From a virus (taxonomy: Duplodnaviria > Caudoviricetes), in the IMG/VR virus record IMGVR_UViG_3300036822_000287, positions 1 through 53,686 of that record: a stretch of 53,686 nucleotides of DNA; one strand, written 5' to 3'. Under the pieces are notes generated by a model. That model saw only the letters and a program-made list of their open reading frames with translations. It was not told where the DNA came from and did no database searches. The translations under genes and the position numbers were made by a program. Positions 28,248 through 38,068 of this stretch are shown piece after piece. Positions within the stretch are counted from its first letter, which is position 1. Each line of letters starts with the position of its first letter.

Positions 28248-29258
28248 TTACCCTTTTTTCGTCATTTTGATGGTGGTCTTCCAGGTGCTGTTCGTCACGC
28301 TGGTGGTCTGCTGGGCAATAGTCCAGTCCGCTGGCAGTTTGCCTGCATCTGTCAGGTGGACCGGCTGCCCGACCGCTGCCGGGGTGTTAATCAGCTCAAG
28401 GCGAGATTCAGCCTGGTGTTTTCCGCCGCCTGCCGCAGCCTTTGACTGTGCGTAGCGTTTCGCCTCTGCCAGATTGCTGACCTGAACGTTGTATTCCTGC
28501 AGGGTGTGCTTGTCGTCGGTGACCTTGCCGGTGGAGTACGTGCCGGACTCTTTGGTCTCATCGTTGTAGTAATGCACCACCACGCTGTGGGCAGTGTTGC
28601 GGGGGGATGAGCTGACAATATCGGCGCTTTTTAGCACGCTGCGGTTCTTCATGCTGACGGTGAGCGTGCCGAGCTTAGGGCTACCGACGTAGACCGTTGC
28701 ATCCTTGAGTGAGACCGGGAGGTTGTACTGTTCTGCCAGACGCGTGAGCAATTCCCGGCTGGATTCGTTGCGTTGCTGTACGTGGTCGATAATGGTGTCA
28801 TCCCCCGTAAAGCTGCATTCCATTCCGGCTTCTGCTGCAAGCGTGGTACACAGCAGGCGCAGGCTGATGTTGTCCCAGTTGCGGTTGTTGTTCTGCTCCA
28901 GTTTATCCGCTGCCTTGCCGCTGGCCAGCGCCCCGATGGTCACCTCATCCGGCCCAAAGCGAAAGCGCACATCGTCAATCGTGAAGCGGCCCCAGCGCCA
29001 TGTGCTGAGCTTGCCGGTAATGAGGTCGAGCCAGCTCACGCCGGGCTGAAGCACGTCGCCGCTTTGCGGGTACCAGTCGCTGGTGAATATGCCGGTGCTG
29101 TTATCCAGCGTCAGCTGCACGCGGTCACGCCCGGCGCTCTTTTTACGCTTGCTCTCGGTGTAGGTGATGCTTTTCACGTAGCCGCTCAAATCCTGCGTGA
29201 CGTGTCGCCCGGCCCAGTTCAGCACGATGATGGGTTTAATGGGATCTAACGTTGCCAC
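28248..29258 (-). CDS. Tail hub protein (P2 gpD-like)
   Basis: SITYT...D...LTL, G.FTID and Q.NES...L.RLA..Y motifs. Confidence 0.82.
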   Translation of the reverse strand: MATLDPIKPIIVLNWAGRHVTQDLSGYVKSITYTESKRKKSAGRDRVQLTLDNSTGIFTSDWYPQSGDVLQPGVSWLDLITGKLSTWRWGRFTIDDVRFRFGPDEVTIGALASGKAADKLEQNNNRNWDNISLRLLCTTLAAEAGMECSFTGDDTIIDHVQQRNESSRELLTRLAEQYNLPVSLKDATVYVGSPKLGTLTVSMKNRSVLKSADIVSSSPRNTAHSVVVHYYNDETKESGTYSTGKVTDDKHTLQEYNVQVSNLAEAKRYAQSKAAAGGGKHQAESRLELINTPAAVGQPVHLTDAGKLPADWTIAQQTTSVTNSTWKTTIKMTKKG

Positions 29259-29476
29259 GGTGCCACCTCCACGGTCTGCGCTTCCTGCAGGTTTTCCAGG
29301 GTGATTACCGGAACGGTGATAAGTGCGCCTGCGGGGAGTGTGAACTGGCGCAACCCCTGCACCAGTGAGCGGTTGGCGTGACGCAGCGCCAGCACGGCCT
29401 GTTCCGTCGCCACACCATAAACCCGCATAGCGAGCTGGTCCCAGCGTTCCCCCTCAATACTATGCACGGTCCGCAC
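29246..29476 (-). CDS. Tail protein X (P2 gpX-like)
   Basis: GERWD.LA.R.YG..AN..LPAG..I.VP..PW. Confidence 0.8.
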   Translation of the reverse strand: MRTVHSIEGERWDQLAMRVYGVATEQAVLALRHANRSLVQGLRQFTLPAGALITVPVITLENLQEAQTVEVAPWQR

Positions 29477-29897
29477 CGCGTACCTCCGTCAGTTGCAGGT
29501 CGTAGCGTACCGCCACGGTCACGCCTTCCGGGCTGGTGTCAGTCAGTGTTTCGCGAATGCTCTTTACCACGAACATGCCTTTGGACTGACTGCCAATGAC
29601 CAGCGCACGCGGGACCTGATTCTGCGCCATCGACAATAATCGCTGATACATATCAGCGATATTGGCAAAGCGATTGTGCAGCGTGATATCGAGCTGGATG
29701 GTGCGCTCAGCCTCGCCCCCGGCCTGATGCGCGGGATAACCGTTAATCAGTTTCTGCTGCTGCCAGCTCCACTGCCGGTTATCGCTGACGCGGCCCGGCG
29801 AGTTGTGGGACTGAAACACGACATCCCCCAGCGCCCCCCACTGGGCGTGCTTCGGTCGGTTCTGGTCATCGTGATACGCGTTGTTGAGAATGGCCAT
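29460..29897 (-). CDS. Tail tube initiator (P2 gpU-like)
   Basis: LGD.VF, P..Q..G..RTI.L, G.FVV..I.ET and L.L.E motifs. Confidence 0.8.
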   Translation of the reverse strand: MAILNNAYHDDQNRPKHAQWGALGDVVFQSHNSPGRVSDNRQWSWQQQKLINGYPAHQAGGEAERTIQLDITLHNRFANIADMYQRLLSMAQNQVPRALVIGSQSKGMFVVKSIRETLTDTSPEGVTVAVRYDLQLTEVRGADRA

Positions 29898-30537
29898 CGA
29901 CAATAAACTCCTCTCCGGTCGGGTCCCGGTGGTACACGACCTGTTTCAGTTTCGGGTTGTTGAAGTAGCGGTGAACGGTCATGACCATCTCCACCACCCA
30001 CGTTTCGCTCCAGATGTAAGGCTTGTTGCTGTGCTGGTCAGATTCAGCGTCCACCTCGATACCTGATGAGATACGCCGGGCACTCACCATCTCAGCATCA
30101 CCCACAATGCGGGTGAAGAGATAACGCCCTGGCTGGTCACGGTCGAGCAGATGTATCTGCTGCCCCACGTCTTCGAGCACCATCAGGTCATCGGTAAACA
30201 GGCACTGTAGGGCGATGCCGGTCTGTATCATCTGGCTGGTGAGGTAATCACCGGCATTGCCACCGGAAAGCCTGACGGTAATCTGTACATCCTGCAGCAA
30301 TTCCAGCGGGGTATAATCCTGCTGAATTTTGAACGGCAACGGCGACAGCTTGCGGCCCAGAGCAGCAATGCGCACCGAGCGGCGGCTCAGGGCATTGTTG
30401 GGAGCCATGATGGCGGTCATATTGAGTTCGGTTTCCAGCCATACGCGCAGCTTGTCCACAAACTTCAGACCGCCATCACGCAGCCCCGAGCGGTCGCTCT
30501 CTTCAGGCTGTTCAATGTTTTCATGTTCGTCACTCAT
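29866..30537 (-). CDS. Hypothetical virion protein (possible tail terminator)
   Basis: 223-aa coupled ORF between the gpS-like and gpU-like genes. Confidence 0.55.
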   Translation of the reverse strand: MSDEHENIEQPEESDRSGLRDGGLKFVDKLRVWLETELNMTAIMAPNNALSRRSVRIAALGRKLSPLPFKIQQDYTPLELLQDVQITVRLSGGNAGDYLTSQMIQTGIALQCLFTDDLMVLEDVGQQIHLLDRDQPGRYLFTRIVGDAEMVSARRISSGIEVDAESDQHSNKPYIWSETWVVEMVMTVHRYFNNPKLKQVVYHRDPTGEEFIVDGHSQQRVSR

Positions 30538-31196
30538 TTGGTTCCCTTCATCAGGTACTGTTTCCCGATATCGTTCAGCAACTTCACCTGGTCAGGCTTG
30601 AGCACCATAAACTCACGCTTTGGTACGGTGATGCTCTTCTTGCGGTAGAAAATCAGGTAGTAGCTGAAGCGCTTACTGGTGCGCTTATTCTTGCGTCGGG
30701 CCTTACCTTTGGTCATGGCAATCTGCACCCCGAAACCCTTACGCCCCTCCGGGCATTTGCCAATCAACGCCCCCGGTCGCCAGATGAGGTCCCAGCCTGA
30801 TGACTCCAGCCAGTCCAGTGTCTGCTTCACGCCCCAACTGTCTACCCGTGCCTTAACGTCCTTGCTCGCAGGCAGGATGAGCTTCTGCGCTTTCTTCGCC
30901 GTCACTGTGCCGCCGTAGTTAATCAGCGGCGCGTGTTTTTTGTTGGTGCCGACGGTAAAGCCGCTCTCGGTCAGTACGTACGTGATACTGGCGCGGGTCT
31001 CACCGGTGTTAATCAATGCCCGTGAGCCGCCGTTTTTCAGCGCCTGCGTCAGCGGGGCGTTGGGTGTCCACGGGCCTTTGGTCATATTGGCCTGCACCAT
31101 GCCCACCGCTACCGGGGCCATCACCGTATTGACCGTATCAATGCGCTTTGTCATCGCCGTCAGCTGTTTTTTAAAGCCGTCCAGTGTTCCCGCCAT
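30534..31196 (-). CDS. Virion morphogenesis/tail completion protein (Mu gpG / P2 gpS-like)
   Basis: W.P....T...K...L..TG..RASI, VGTN..A...YGG and VPKREFM motifs; GGAGG RBS. Confidence 0.8.
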   Translation of the reverse strand: MAGTLDGFKKQLTAMTKRIDTVNTVMAPVAVGMVQANMTKGPWTPNAPLTQALKNGGSRALINTGETRASITYVLTESGFTVGTNKKHAPLINYGGTVTAKKAQKLILPASKDVKARVDSWGVKQTLDWLESSGWDLIWRPGALIGKCPEGRKGFGVQIAMTKGKARRKNKRTSKRFSYYLIFYRKKSITVPKREFMVLKPDQVKLLNDIGKQYLMKGTK

Positions 31197-31225
31197 GCCG
31201 CCTCCGGGTGTTACGTCTTGTAGTC

Positions 31226-31291
31226 AGTCTATCGGGATTAGCCGGGTCAGATGGCAGTACTGCCACACGCGCGCGGTAAATGGCGTAGCCT
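31226..31291. promoter_or_regulatory. Bidirectional late promoter centred on palindrome TGGCAGTACTGCCA (31252-31265)
   Basis: -10-like TAGCCT (31286, +) and TAGACT (31231-31226, -), each 20 bp from the palindrome. Confidence 0.72.
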
Positions 31292-31320
31292 TTGGGCATG
31301 TTTTAGGGAGAGAGAAAATT

Positions 31321-31884
31321 ATGGGCCGACGATCCAAATGCGACGCGGACGGACTGGTCGAACACGTCATCGGCCTTTACCAGCGCGATAAAAAGACTAT
31401 GAAGCAGATAACAGAGATATTGCAGGCTGAGGGCTACACCATCTCAAAGTCTTCCGTACACCGTGTGATCAAGGGCAATAAAGAGACAGTGCTGGAGCTA
31501 CGCAAAGCCAAGCAGGATGCGGAGATTTTGCTGGCAGAGGTGCGCGACAATCCCGGTACCGACCTTATTGAAGTCGGTCAGCAGCTGCTAGCCAATCGCA
31601 TTGTGAACCACATCAAGGAGCTGGAGCTTGATGATATTGAGTTCAAAGACACGGGCGATCTGATCCGCGCCCTGACCAACATCAGTTACGCCCAGGCCAA
31701 TACCGGTCGTCTGCGCCTGGAATTTACCGCCGGGGTGGCTGCGGCGAAAACCGCCATTGAGGGGAAACTCACCGAGTTACTGAACGACGGTTATCCCGAC
31801 CTGCTGCGCCAGCTGCTGGATGCGCTCGATGCCATTGAAATCACCAAACAGGATCTGAACCGTGCCAAAAAGTCTCTTCAGTGA
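31321..31884 (+). CDS. Terminase small subunit-like (DUF3486 / Mu gp27-like)
   Basis: MGRRSK, GY.ISKSSVHR HTH; overlaps the large terminase start. Confidence 0.75.
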   Translation: MGRRSKCDADGLVEHVIGLYQRDKKTMKQITEILQAEGYTISKSSVHRVIKGNKETVLELRKAKQDAEILLAEVRDNPGTDLIEVGQQLLANRIVNHIKELELDDIEFKDTGDLIRALTNISYAQANTGRLRLEFTAGVAAAKTAIEGKLTELLNDGYPDLLRQLLDALDAIEITKQDLNRAKKSLQ

Positions 31885-33487
31885 CCCGGTAGCCCGTGAA
31901 AACCTGCGCCATGGCCTTGACCAGCGGGCGCGGGAGGCGGCTGTCCGTGAGGGTATGAGCGAGGAGGAAGAGTTGCGCCTTGCCGAACGGGCTGAGCGCA
32001 TGGTTACGGCCCGCACGGATATGGCGTACTTCTGTAAGGAATACTTGCCCCAGGCGTTTCCGCTGCCGTTTGCTGACTACCAGCTGGCGCTGGCCCGTAC
32101 TGTCTCTCAGCGCACGCTGAGCCGTGCCGACGAACGCCTGTTTAAATCCCTGACGCTTCCGGCAGACCACGCTTACATCCTCGGTGAGCAATCGCAGTAC
32201 GAAGGCATACTTGATCTTGAACCGCGTGACCACGGTAAGACAACCCGTAACACCCAGGCGATGCCGCTGTGGCTGGCACTGAACTATCCCGGCTCGTTCA
32301 TTGTCATCTGCGCCGCCAGCTCAAAGTCTGCTGAGGACATGATGAATGCCATCAAAACCAGCCTCGAAGATGACGAGGTGATCATTGATGACTACGGTGA
32401 GCAAAAGGTGCGGGGCAATAAGTGGTCCGCCCGTAAAATTCAGCTGGCGAACGGCAGCGCCATTGCCGCCGTCGGGGCCGGTCAGTCCCTGCGTGGTATC
32501 AAAAACAAATATCAGCGCCCGACCCATATTATCTGTGATGACCTGCTCGACGATGCGGACGTTGAGTCCGTCATCATGCGTAAGAAGATGTACCTCTGGT
32601 TTAAGCGGGTGATCCTGAGCCTCGGCAAAGGTGCTCTCACCATCATCGCCAATACCATCATGCACCCGGAAGACCTGCCCAGCACGCTGCTGAAAGAGAT
32701 AGCCGAAGGCAAGCTGGAAGACTGGCTGGGGCTGCGCTTCGGGGCCATTACCCCGAATGGTGATGCGCTGTGGCCGGAGCGCTGGCCATTATCAGTGCTG
32801 GAGAAAAAGAAGAAACAACTCGGCGACCTCTTTGATACCGAGTGGATGAACCAGCCGGTGGCGGAAAGCGAGAAAGCGTTTCGCGACGAAGATATCAGCT
32901 ACTGGCAACCGCGTGATTTCAGTCTGGCTGACTGCGATATCGTGATGGGTGTGGACCCGGCAACTGGCCAGAAGAAAGGCGACTACTCTGCCATCTCCGT
33001 CACTGCTAAACACCGTGCCACCGGCATTGTCCGGGTGTTGTTCAGCAAGGGCTGGCGAGAATCCGATCTGGCCTTTGCCCGTCGTATCTGTGATGTGTTC
33101 AAGCTCTTTCGCCCGACGAAGGTTTTATTCGAGTCAGTCGCCTTTCAGGCTATCTATAAGCGTGAAGTCATGCGTGAAGCCAGTCGTCAGGGCCTGCGTA
33201 TTCCCATGCAGCCCTTTAAAGGCGGTAATAAAGAAATTCGTATCCGTTCGCTGGCCCCACTGGTTGAAAATGGGATCGTCCAGCTCGCAGAGCGTGGGCA
33301 GGAGATGCTCGTCGAGCAGCTGTTGGCGTTCCCGCGTGGTCACGATGACTGCCCGGATTCTCTGGAGATGTGCGTCAGTGCGCATGAGAGCAGCTTTATT
33401 GGTGGTATGCCGGTCAAAACGCAGAAGGTGTCCAGCGGTGTACGCCGTATGGCTAATTTTGTGCAGCGCTTTGGTCGCAGGAGGTAG
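31862..33487 (+). CDS. Terminase large subunit
   Basis: PRDHGKT Walker A, RP..IICDD Walker B, LWPERW, GVDPA and HDD.PD nuclease motifs. Confidence 0.93.
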   Translation: MPKSLFSDPVARENLRHGLDQRAREAAVREGMSEEEELRLAERAERMVTARTDMAYFCKEYLPQAFPLPFADYQLALARTVSQRTLSRADERLFKSLTLPADHAYILGEQSQYEGILDLEPRDHGKTTRNTQAMPLWLALNYPGSFIVICAASSKSAEDMMNAIKTSLEDDEVIIDDYGEQKVRGNKWSARKIQLANGSAIAAVGAGQSLRGIKNKYQRPTHIICDDLLDDADVESVIMRKKMYLWFKRVILSLGKGALTIIANTIMHPEDLPSTLLKEIAEGKLEDWLGLRFGAITPNGDALWPERWPLSVLEKKKKQLGDLFDTEWMNQPVAESEKAFRDEDISYWQPRDFSLADCDIVMGVDPATGQKKGDYSAISVTAKHRATGIVRVLFSKGWRESDLAFARRICDVFKLFRPTKVLFESVAFQAIYKREVMREASRQGLRIPMQPFKGGNKEIRIRSLAPLVENGIVQLAERGQEMLVEQLLAFPRGHDDCPDSLEMCVSAHESSFIGGMPVKTQKVSSGVRRMANFVQRFGRRR

Positions 33488-33490
33488 CAT

Positions 33491-34135
33491 ATGCTGCAGG
33501 ATATCAACGAACAAAACTGGGATATCAAAGATATCGCCGCCCGCCTTGAGCGCATGGTGCAGTACGGTGAAGTCGCTGAGATGAGCACCGACGGCACCAA
33601 AGCCCGTGTGCTCTTTCCGGCGCTGGGGGGCAATAGCCTGTGGCTAAAAGTGGGTGTGCGGCGGGCGCTTGGTGCCAGTCAGGCCACGCGGTATCAGCCC
33701 GGCGAGCAGGTCACCTGCCTGATGGTGCCAGTGGGTGATGTGTCACGCGGCACCATCCTTTGCGCAAATCATAACGCCAGTGACCTGCCCTGGACGGACA
33801 GCCCGGATATCGAGGGCATCAAATATGCCGACGGGACTGAGTTCAGTTATGACATGGAGAATGGCAAAGCCACACTGAGCCTGCTCGATGGCAGTGTAGC
33901 AATGGTGGCCACGAAGGAAGGCTGGGTCTTTAAGGGGAAAGTGACGTTCGAAGATGAGGCGCATTTCAACGAGGCGGTAAACTGTGACAAAACGCTGGAT
34001 GCAAAAGACAGCATCAGCAGCCAGGCTGAACTTTCCGACAGTAAGGGCGCGTTGTCACAGGTGCGTGAGCAGTATAACGACCACGACCATGAATATGACG
34101 ACGGCACGACGGGCAAACCAAATCAAAAAATGTGA
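33491..34135 (+). CDS. Baseplate spike (P2 gpV-like)
   Basis: S.WL, PGEQV.CL, YADGT..SYD and C-terminal YN.H.H motifs. Confidence 0.87.
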   Translation: MLQDINEQNWDIKDIAARLERMVQYGEVAEMSTDGTKARVLFPALGGNSLWLKVGVRRALGASQATRYQPGEQVTCLMVPVGDVSRGTILCANHNASDLPWTDSPDIEGIKYADGTEFSYDMENGKATLSLLDGSVAMVATKEGWVFKGKVTFEDEAHFNEAVNCDKTLDAKDSISSQAELSDSKGALSQVREQYNDHDHEYDDGTTGKPNQKM

Positions 34136-34247
34136 ACGCCTCAGACGCGCTGTAAGCGATTTTTATACCTGACTGGCGTAATGTCATAGGTGGCAGTGGT
34201 TAAATTAAAATTTAAAGCGTTTAAAAGGGTCTTTAAAGGGGTTACAC

Positions 34248-34631
34248 ATGAGCTTTGGTATCAGTCTTTCACATGACGGGCGTAACGCAACTTTGCAGGA
34301 TGATATCGACCAGGCAATTTCGATCATCCTCTTTACGATGCCGGGTGAGCGTATCTATGACCCGGAATACGGGTGTGAACTGCGAAATGCACTGGATAAA
34401 CCGCCGTATGTACTGCAGCAGGCCAGCGTGTCCGTGGTGGAAGCCATCAACAAATACGAGCGTCGGGTCGAGGTACTCAGCGTCAGCATCGATACGCCCA
34501 GTACAGCGGCCCTTGCCCAGGGGATATTGCGCGTGAGCCTCATCTACAAAATCTCAGTGACCGGCCTGATTGTCTCACGGGCCTATCAGAGCGACGGTAG
34601 CATCCTGCGCCTGACACTTTCCTCCCGGTAG
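34248..34631 (+). CDS. Baseplate wedge gpW/gp25-like
   Basis: I.QAI.IIL.T.PGER...PEYG..L and AI..YE.RV motifs. Confidence 0.88.
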   Translation: MSFGISLSHDGRNATLQDDIDQAISIILFTMPGERIYDPEYGCELRNALDKPPYVLQQASVSVVEAINKYERRVEVLSVSIDTPSTAALAQGILRVSLIYKISVTGLIVSRAYQSDGSILRLTLSSR

Positions 34632-34638
34632 CCCTGTT

Positions 34639-34678
34639 TGGCAGTACTGCCACCTGCATTTTTTAGCTGGTCAATAAT
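34639..34678 (+). promoter_or_regulatory. Late promoter of the sheath-tube-head operon
   Basis: TGGCAGTACTGCCA 34639-34652, then AATAAT at 34673, 20 bp downstream. Confidence 0.7.
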
Positions 34679-34709
34679 AGCCCTGTAAATTCATTACGGG
34701 GTTCAGACT

Positions 34710-36557
34710 ATGATCGTGACTTCCGGCCAGCGCACGCAAGGCAAGGCCAAACTCAAGACAAAGCAAAAACCCATCACGCAGTACATGCGCCTATCCAGTT
34801 CGTCCGGCACATTCCTGCACGGTGTGGAGACGGTCGAAGTCACGACCGGCGCATCAACCATCAGTGAGGTGGCGAGTTGTGTTATCGGTATCGTCGGTAC
34901 GGCAGAAATTGCCCCTGCCGGTGAGCTGGTTGTGGTGCGTAACGCTGATGATGTGGCAAGTAAGCTCGGCGCAGGTACCATCGCCACCGCCTTAAACCGC
35001 ATCTATAAAAACTACCTCGCCAGCAATACCGCCATTTGTCTGCCATTGGGTAAGGACAGTGACTTCAGTGGGAATGCCGTTCCGGCTCCGTCCGGGGTCA
35101 GCGGCACCACGGCGGATGTGATGCTCTACAGCGACAGCGCAATCACATCCCCGCAGTGGCTTATCAACAACCCGAACGACCTGCCGGTGACGTTTGCCGC
35201 TGACGATGAGACGGTCTTTACCGTGGACAGCGACGGCAATCTCACGCCGGTTGCCACAGGCAGCGGCACGCTGACCATCACCGTCGATGGCGGTGATAGC
35301 TATACCTCAGACGTGCTGACCGTGAATGTCACTGTTGCAGATGATGCTGATATTCCGGCTGACCTGATGCCTTCCGGGGCGTACTTCAGCGCCGGGGCAA
35401 CATCCATGCTGGTTGCACAGCCGGGTTCCCCGGTCGTACTGACGAACCCGGACGATCAGACCGTTGCCTGGTCCGTGGATGATGCAAGCATTGCCACCGT
35501 GGATACGCTCACCGGCGAAATCACCCCGCTAGGGGCCGGGTCAACCACGCTAACGGCAAGCCTTGCGGCAACCGATACAGTGATGGCGGTGGACGTGACC
35601 TGCACCCTGACCGTGGCGGCATCGCCAGCCAATCCGCTACTGGCGGCATTTATCTCTGGTCTTTCCACATTCCGCAAAGCGCGTCAGCTGTTTGGGGCAA
35701 GCCCTAAAATCATGCTGGCTCCGGGCATCATGAGTCTGGAAGGGGCGCAGGGACCGGCGAACTCACTCGGCAATCAAATCCGCGCAGTCTGGTTTGGAGA
35801 CCTGCCACAAGGCATTGAAAGTGTGGAAGAGGCCTATGCGTGGAAGAACAGCAACTGCGTCTATTCCCGTATCTTTGTGGACTGGCCGCGCGTGGCGGTG
35901 ATTACCGAAGACGGCTCCACTGCTTACGACGAGGTCGCCCCGTCGATGATTGGCCTGTGCTGTCAGCTGGATAAAAACCTGACCGGCCTTGGGTATGAGA
36001 CCGGCTACTGGTTCAGCCCGTCCAATATCGTGCTCCCGGATGTGGTGGGCGTGGAAAAGGTGCTGGACTATCTGCCGAATGACCCGGACAGCGAGGTTAA
36101 TTATCTCAACAGTCAGGGGATTGCGACGGTCATCAACCAACTGGGCGGCTGGCGTGCTTTCGGTAACCGTTCGACGGTCTTTCCCGGCACCAATGATCCG
36201 ACCAGCATGATTATGTGGCGGCGCGTGTGCGACATCATCGAAGACTCCGTCGAGTACTACACCCTGCAGTACCTCGACCGTCCGATGTTCACTCGTCCGA
36301 CCGATATCTCATCGAGCCTTATCGGGATTATCCAGGATGCGGTCAACACGTTCCTGCGCAGCAAAATCGGCACCGCGCTGGTGTACGGCGAGTGTTTCAT
36401 CTACAGCGATGAAAACACCGCTGAGACGCTGCAGGCCGGGACCATCAAGTACCACTATAAAATCACGCCGCCAATCCCTGCCGAGCACATTTCCTATACC
36501 AGTGAAGTGTATATCGCCGGTCTGGAAGACGCGTTTCGTAAGTTAACCGGGAGCTAA
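34710..36557 (+). CDS. Tail sheath (P2 FI-like) with two inserted Ig-like domains
   Basis: FLHGVETVEV, PKI.LAPG, GYW.SPSN, LN..GI.T and GWR.FGNR motifs; Big_2-like repeats at about 35150-35620. Confidence 0.88.
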   Translation: MIVTSGQRTQGKAKLKTKQKPITQYMRLSSSSGTFLHGVETVEVTTGASTISEVASCVIGIVGTAEIAPAGELVVVRNADDVASKLGAGTIATALNRIYKNYLASNTAICLPLGKDSDFSGNAVPAPSGVSGTTADVMLYSDSAITSPQWLINNPNDLPVTFAADDETVFTVDSDGNLTPVATGSGTLTITVDGGDSYTSDVLTVNVTVADDADIPADLMPSGAYFSAGATSMLVAQPGSPVVLTNPDDQTVAWSVDDASIATVDTLTGEITPLGAGSTTLTASLAATDTVMAVDVTCTLTVAASPANPLLAAFISGLSTFRKARQLFGASPKIMLAPGIMSLEGAQGPANSLGNQIRAVWFGDLPQGIESVEEAYAWKNSNCVYSRIFVDWPRVAVITEDGSTAYDEVAPSMIGLCCQLDKNLTGLGYETGYWFSPSNIVLPDVVGVEKVLDYLPNDPDSEVNYLNSQGIATVINQLGGWRAFGNRSTVFPGTNDPTSMIMWRRVCDIIEDSVEYYTLQYLDRPMFTRPTDISSSLIGIIQDAVNTFLRSKIGTALVYGECFIYSDENTAETLQAGTIKYHYKITPPIPAEHISYTSEVYIAGLEDAFRKLTGS

Positions 36558-36559
36558 CC

Positions 36560-37069
36560 ATGGCAGAGAAGAACGTCGTCTGGCGTAACCAGACGGTGAT
36601 GCTCAACGACAACATCTACGTGGGGCGCATCAGTAAAGCGGGCATGACGCTTGAGCGTAAAACCACCACGCTCTCATCGCTGGGCGGCATCGGCGACGTC
36701 GCTGTGCCGACGGGCAAGCTGAATGCGTCCACTGCCACACTGGAGTTCAGCAACTTATCGACCTCCGATACGGCGCAGTTGGTCGGCAATGACGGCTGGA
36801 CCCGTCTGCGCCTGACCGGAGAGTGCCGCGTCACCGACAGCGCCACCGGTACGCGGGTTATCAGCCGGGCTACCACGCTGATTAACGGCTGGATAACCAA
36901 TCCACCGGTGAACATGTTCAACAACGATGAGCCGTATACCGCCAACATGAGTGTGCTGTACATGTGCGTGACCGACGAGTCCGGGAAAATCCTCGAAGTG
37001 GACTGGGATAACGGCACCATCTTCCCGGATGACAACGCGCAATCCGAAGGCTACACCATCACCGTTTAA
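36560..37069 (+). CDS. Tail tube (P2 FII-like)
   Basis: 169 aa after the sheath; G.G.V.VP.GK and EVD..N motifs. Confidence 0.78.
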   Translation: MAEKNVVWRNQTVMLNDNIYVGRISKAGMTLERKTTTLSSLGGIGDVAVPTGKLNASTATLEFSNLSTSDTAQLVGNDGWTRLRLTGECRVTDSATGTRVISRATTLINGWITNPPVNMFNNDEPYTANMSVLYMCVTDESGKILEVDWDNGTIFPDDNAQSEGYTITV

Positions 37070-37078
37070 GGAGGCTGT

Positions 37079-38014
37079 ATGGCACGTCGCCGCACGCTCA
37101 GCCTGATTACCGCAGGCGTTCAGAAAAACGGTAAGCCGGTGGACCTCGATATCCTCCGGCAGGTGGTGAAAAACCACAGCGAACAGTCCCGTGCGCCCAT
37201 CAGTCTGGGGCACCCGGACAAGGGCGCTGACAAAGTCGCTGCGCTGGGCCGCATCAGCTACCCCCGTGTGGAAGGGAATGAACTGGTGGTCGAGCTGGTA
37301 TATACGCCTGAGCTGGAGCAGCTCGAAGACGAAGGCAAGTTCGAAGGCTTCAGCGCCGGTATCTATCCCCGCCCGGATGACGGGGAGTACTACCTGCATC
37401 ATGTTGCTGCACTGGGGCAATTGCCTCCGGCAGCCGATATCAAAACCCGCGATGTGGTGAATCTCTCAGTGGATGCTCCTGAAGAGATGATCACCCTGTC
37501 AGCAAACATCAAAACGGAGCTGTATATGTCCATGACCAAAGAAGATAAAGACGCGCTGCTTGGCGAGTTCGGCACGCTGATGGATACCAAACTGAAAGAG
37601 TTTCAGGCCACTACTGGTGATGACAAGTCAGGCACCAAAGCGCCAAAAACAGGCGATGACAAAACCAACGACCCGAAGCTGACGGAAATGGAGACCCAAC
37701 TGGCTTCCATGCAGGAAAGTACCAAGGCGGACCGCATCGGCACCATCACCGAGCTTGCGGATGCAAAGGGGCTTACCGATGCAGAGAAAACGCCACTCAT
37801 CGCCATGCTGAAATCCCGTAGTGCAATTGAACTGTGCGACAACAGCGAAGGCGGCATCTTCGCCACCACCAAAGCCATGCTGGGTGCCCGCGAGGACAAG
37901 GCAGAAAGCAAAGGTAAAAATCCGCTGCTTGACCCGTTGGAGTTTTCCGACGCCAAAGGCAACAAGGTGACCGTGGAAGATGTGTCCACACTTGCCGTGA
38001 AAACTGGTTTTTAA
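37079..38014 (+). CDS. Head maturation protease / scaffold (Mu gpI-like)
   Basis: API.LGHP, A.G.I, SA.IY and YL.HVA.LG..PPA motifs; charged C-terminal scaffold region. Confidence 0.85.
   Translation: MARRRTLSLITAGVQKNGKPVDLDILRQVVKNHSEQSRAPISLGHPDKGADKVAALGRISYPRVEGNELVVELVYTPELEQLEDEGKFEGFSAGIYPRPDDGEYYLHHVAALGQLPPAADIKTRDVVNLSVDAPEEMITLSANIKTELYMSMTKEDKDALLGEFGTLMDTKLKEFQATTGDDKSGTKAPKTGDDKTNDPKLTEMETQLASMQESTKADRIGTITELADAKGLTDAEKTPLIAMLKSRSAIELCDNSEGGIFATTKAMLGAREDKAESKGKNPLLDPLEFSDAKGNKVTVEDVSTLAVKTGF
37526..38014 (+). CDS. Nested scaffolding protein (Mu gpZ-like), internal in-frame start
   Basis: GGAG at 37516-37519 and in-frame ATG at 37526, right after the protease domain. Confidence 0.55.
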   Translation: MSMTKEDKDALLGEFGTLMDTKLKEFQATTGDDKSGTKAPKTGDDKTNDPKLTEMETQLASMQESTKADRIGTITELADAKGLTDAEKTPLIAMLKSRSAIELCDNSEGGIFATTKAMLGAREDKAESKGKNPLLDPLEFSDAKGNKVTVEDVSTLAVKTGF

Positions 38015-38068
38015 GTGCGGATTAACCCTCTTTAATCCCTGTTTAAACATGCTTTAAGGAACCAAATT

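Noticed and set aside
30940-31320. N-terminal extension of ORF 30940..31884
   Set aside because: Overlaps the opposite-strand gene and the divergent promoter; the real start is ATG 31321.
34191-34197. Half-site TGGCAGT before gpW, and partial TGGCAGTACTGACC at 52191
   Set aside because: Incomplete palindromes; the second is inside a coding region. Not counted as late-promoter sites.
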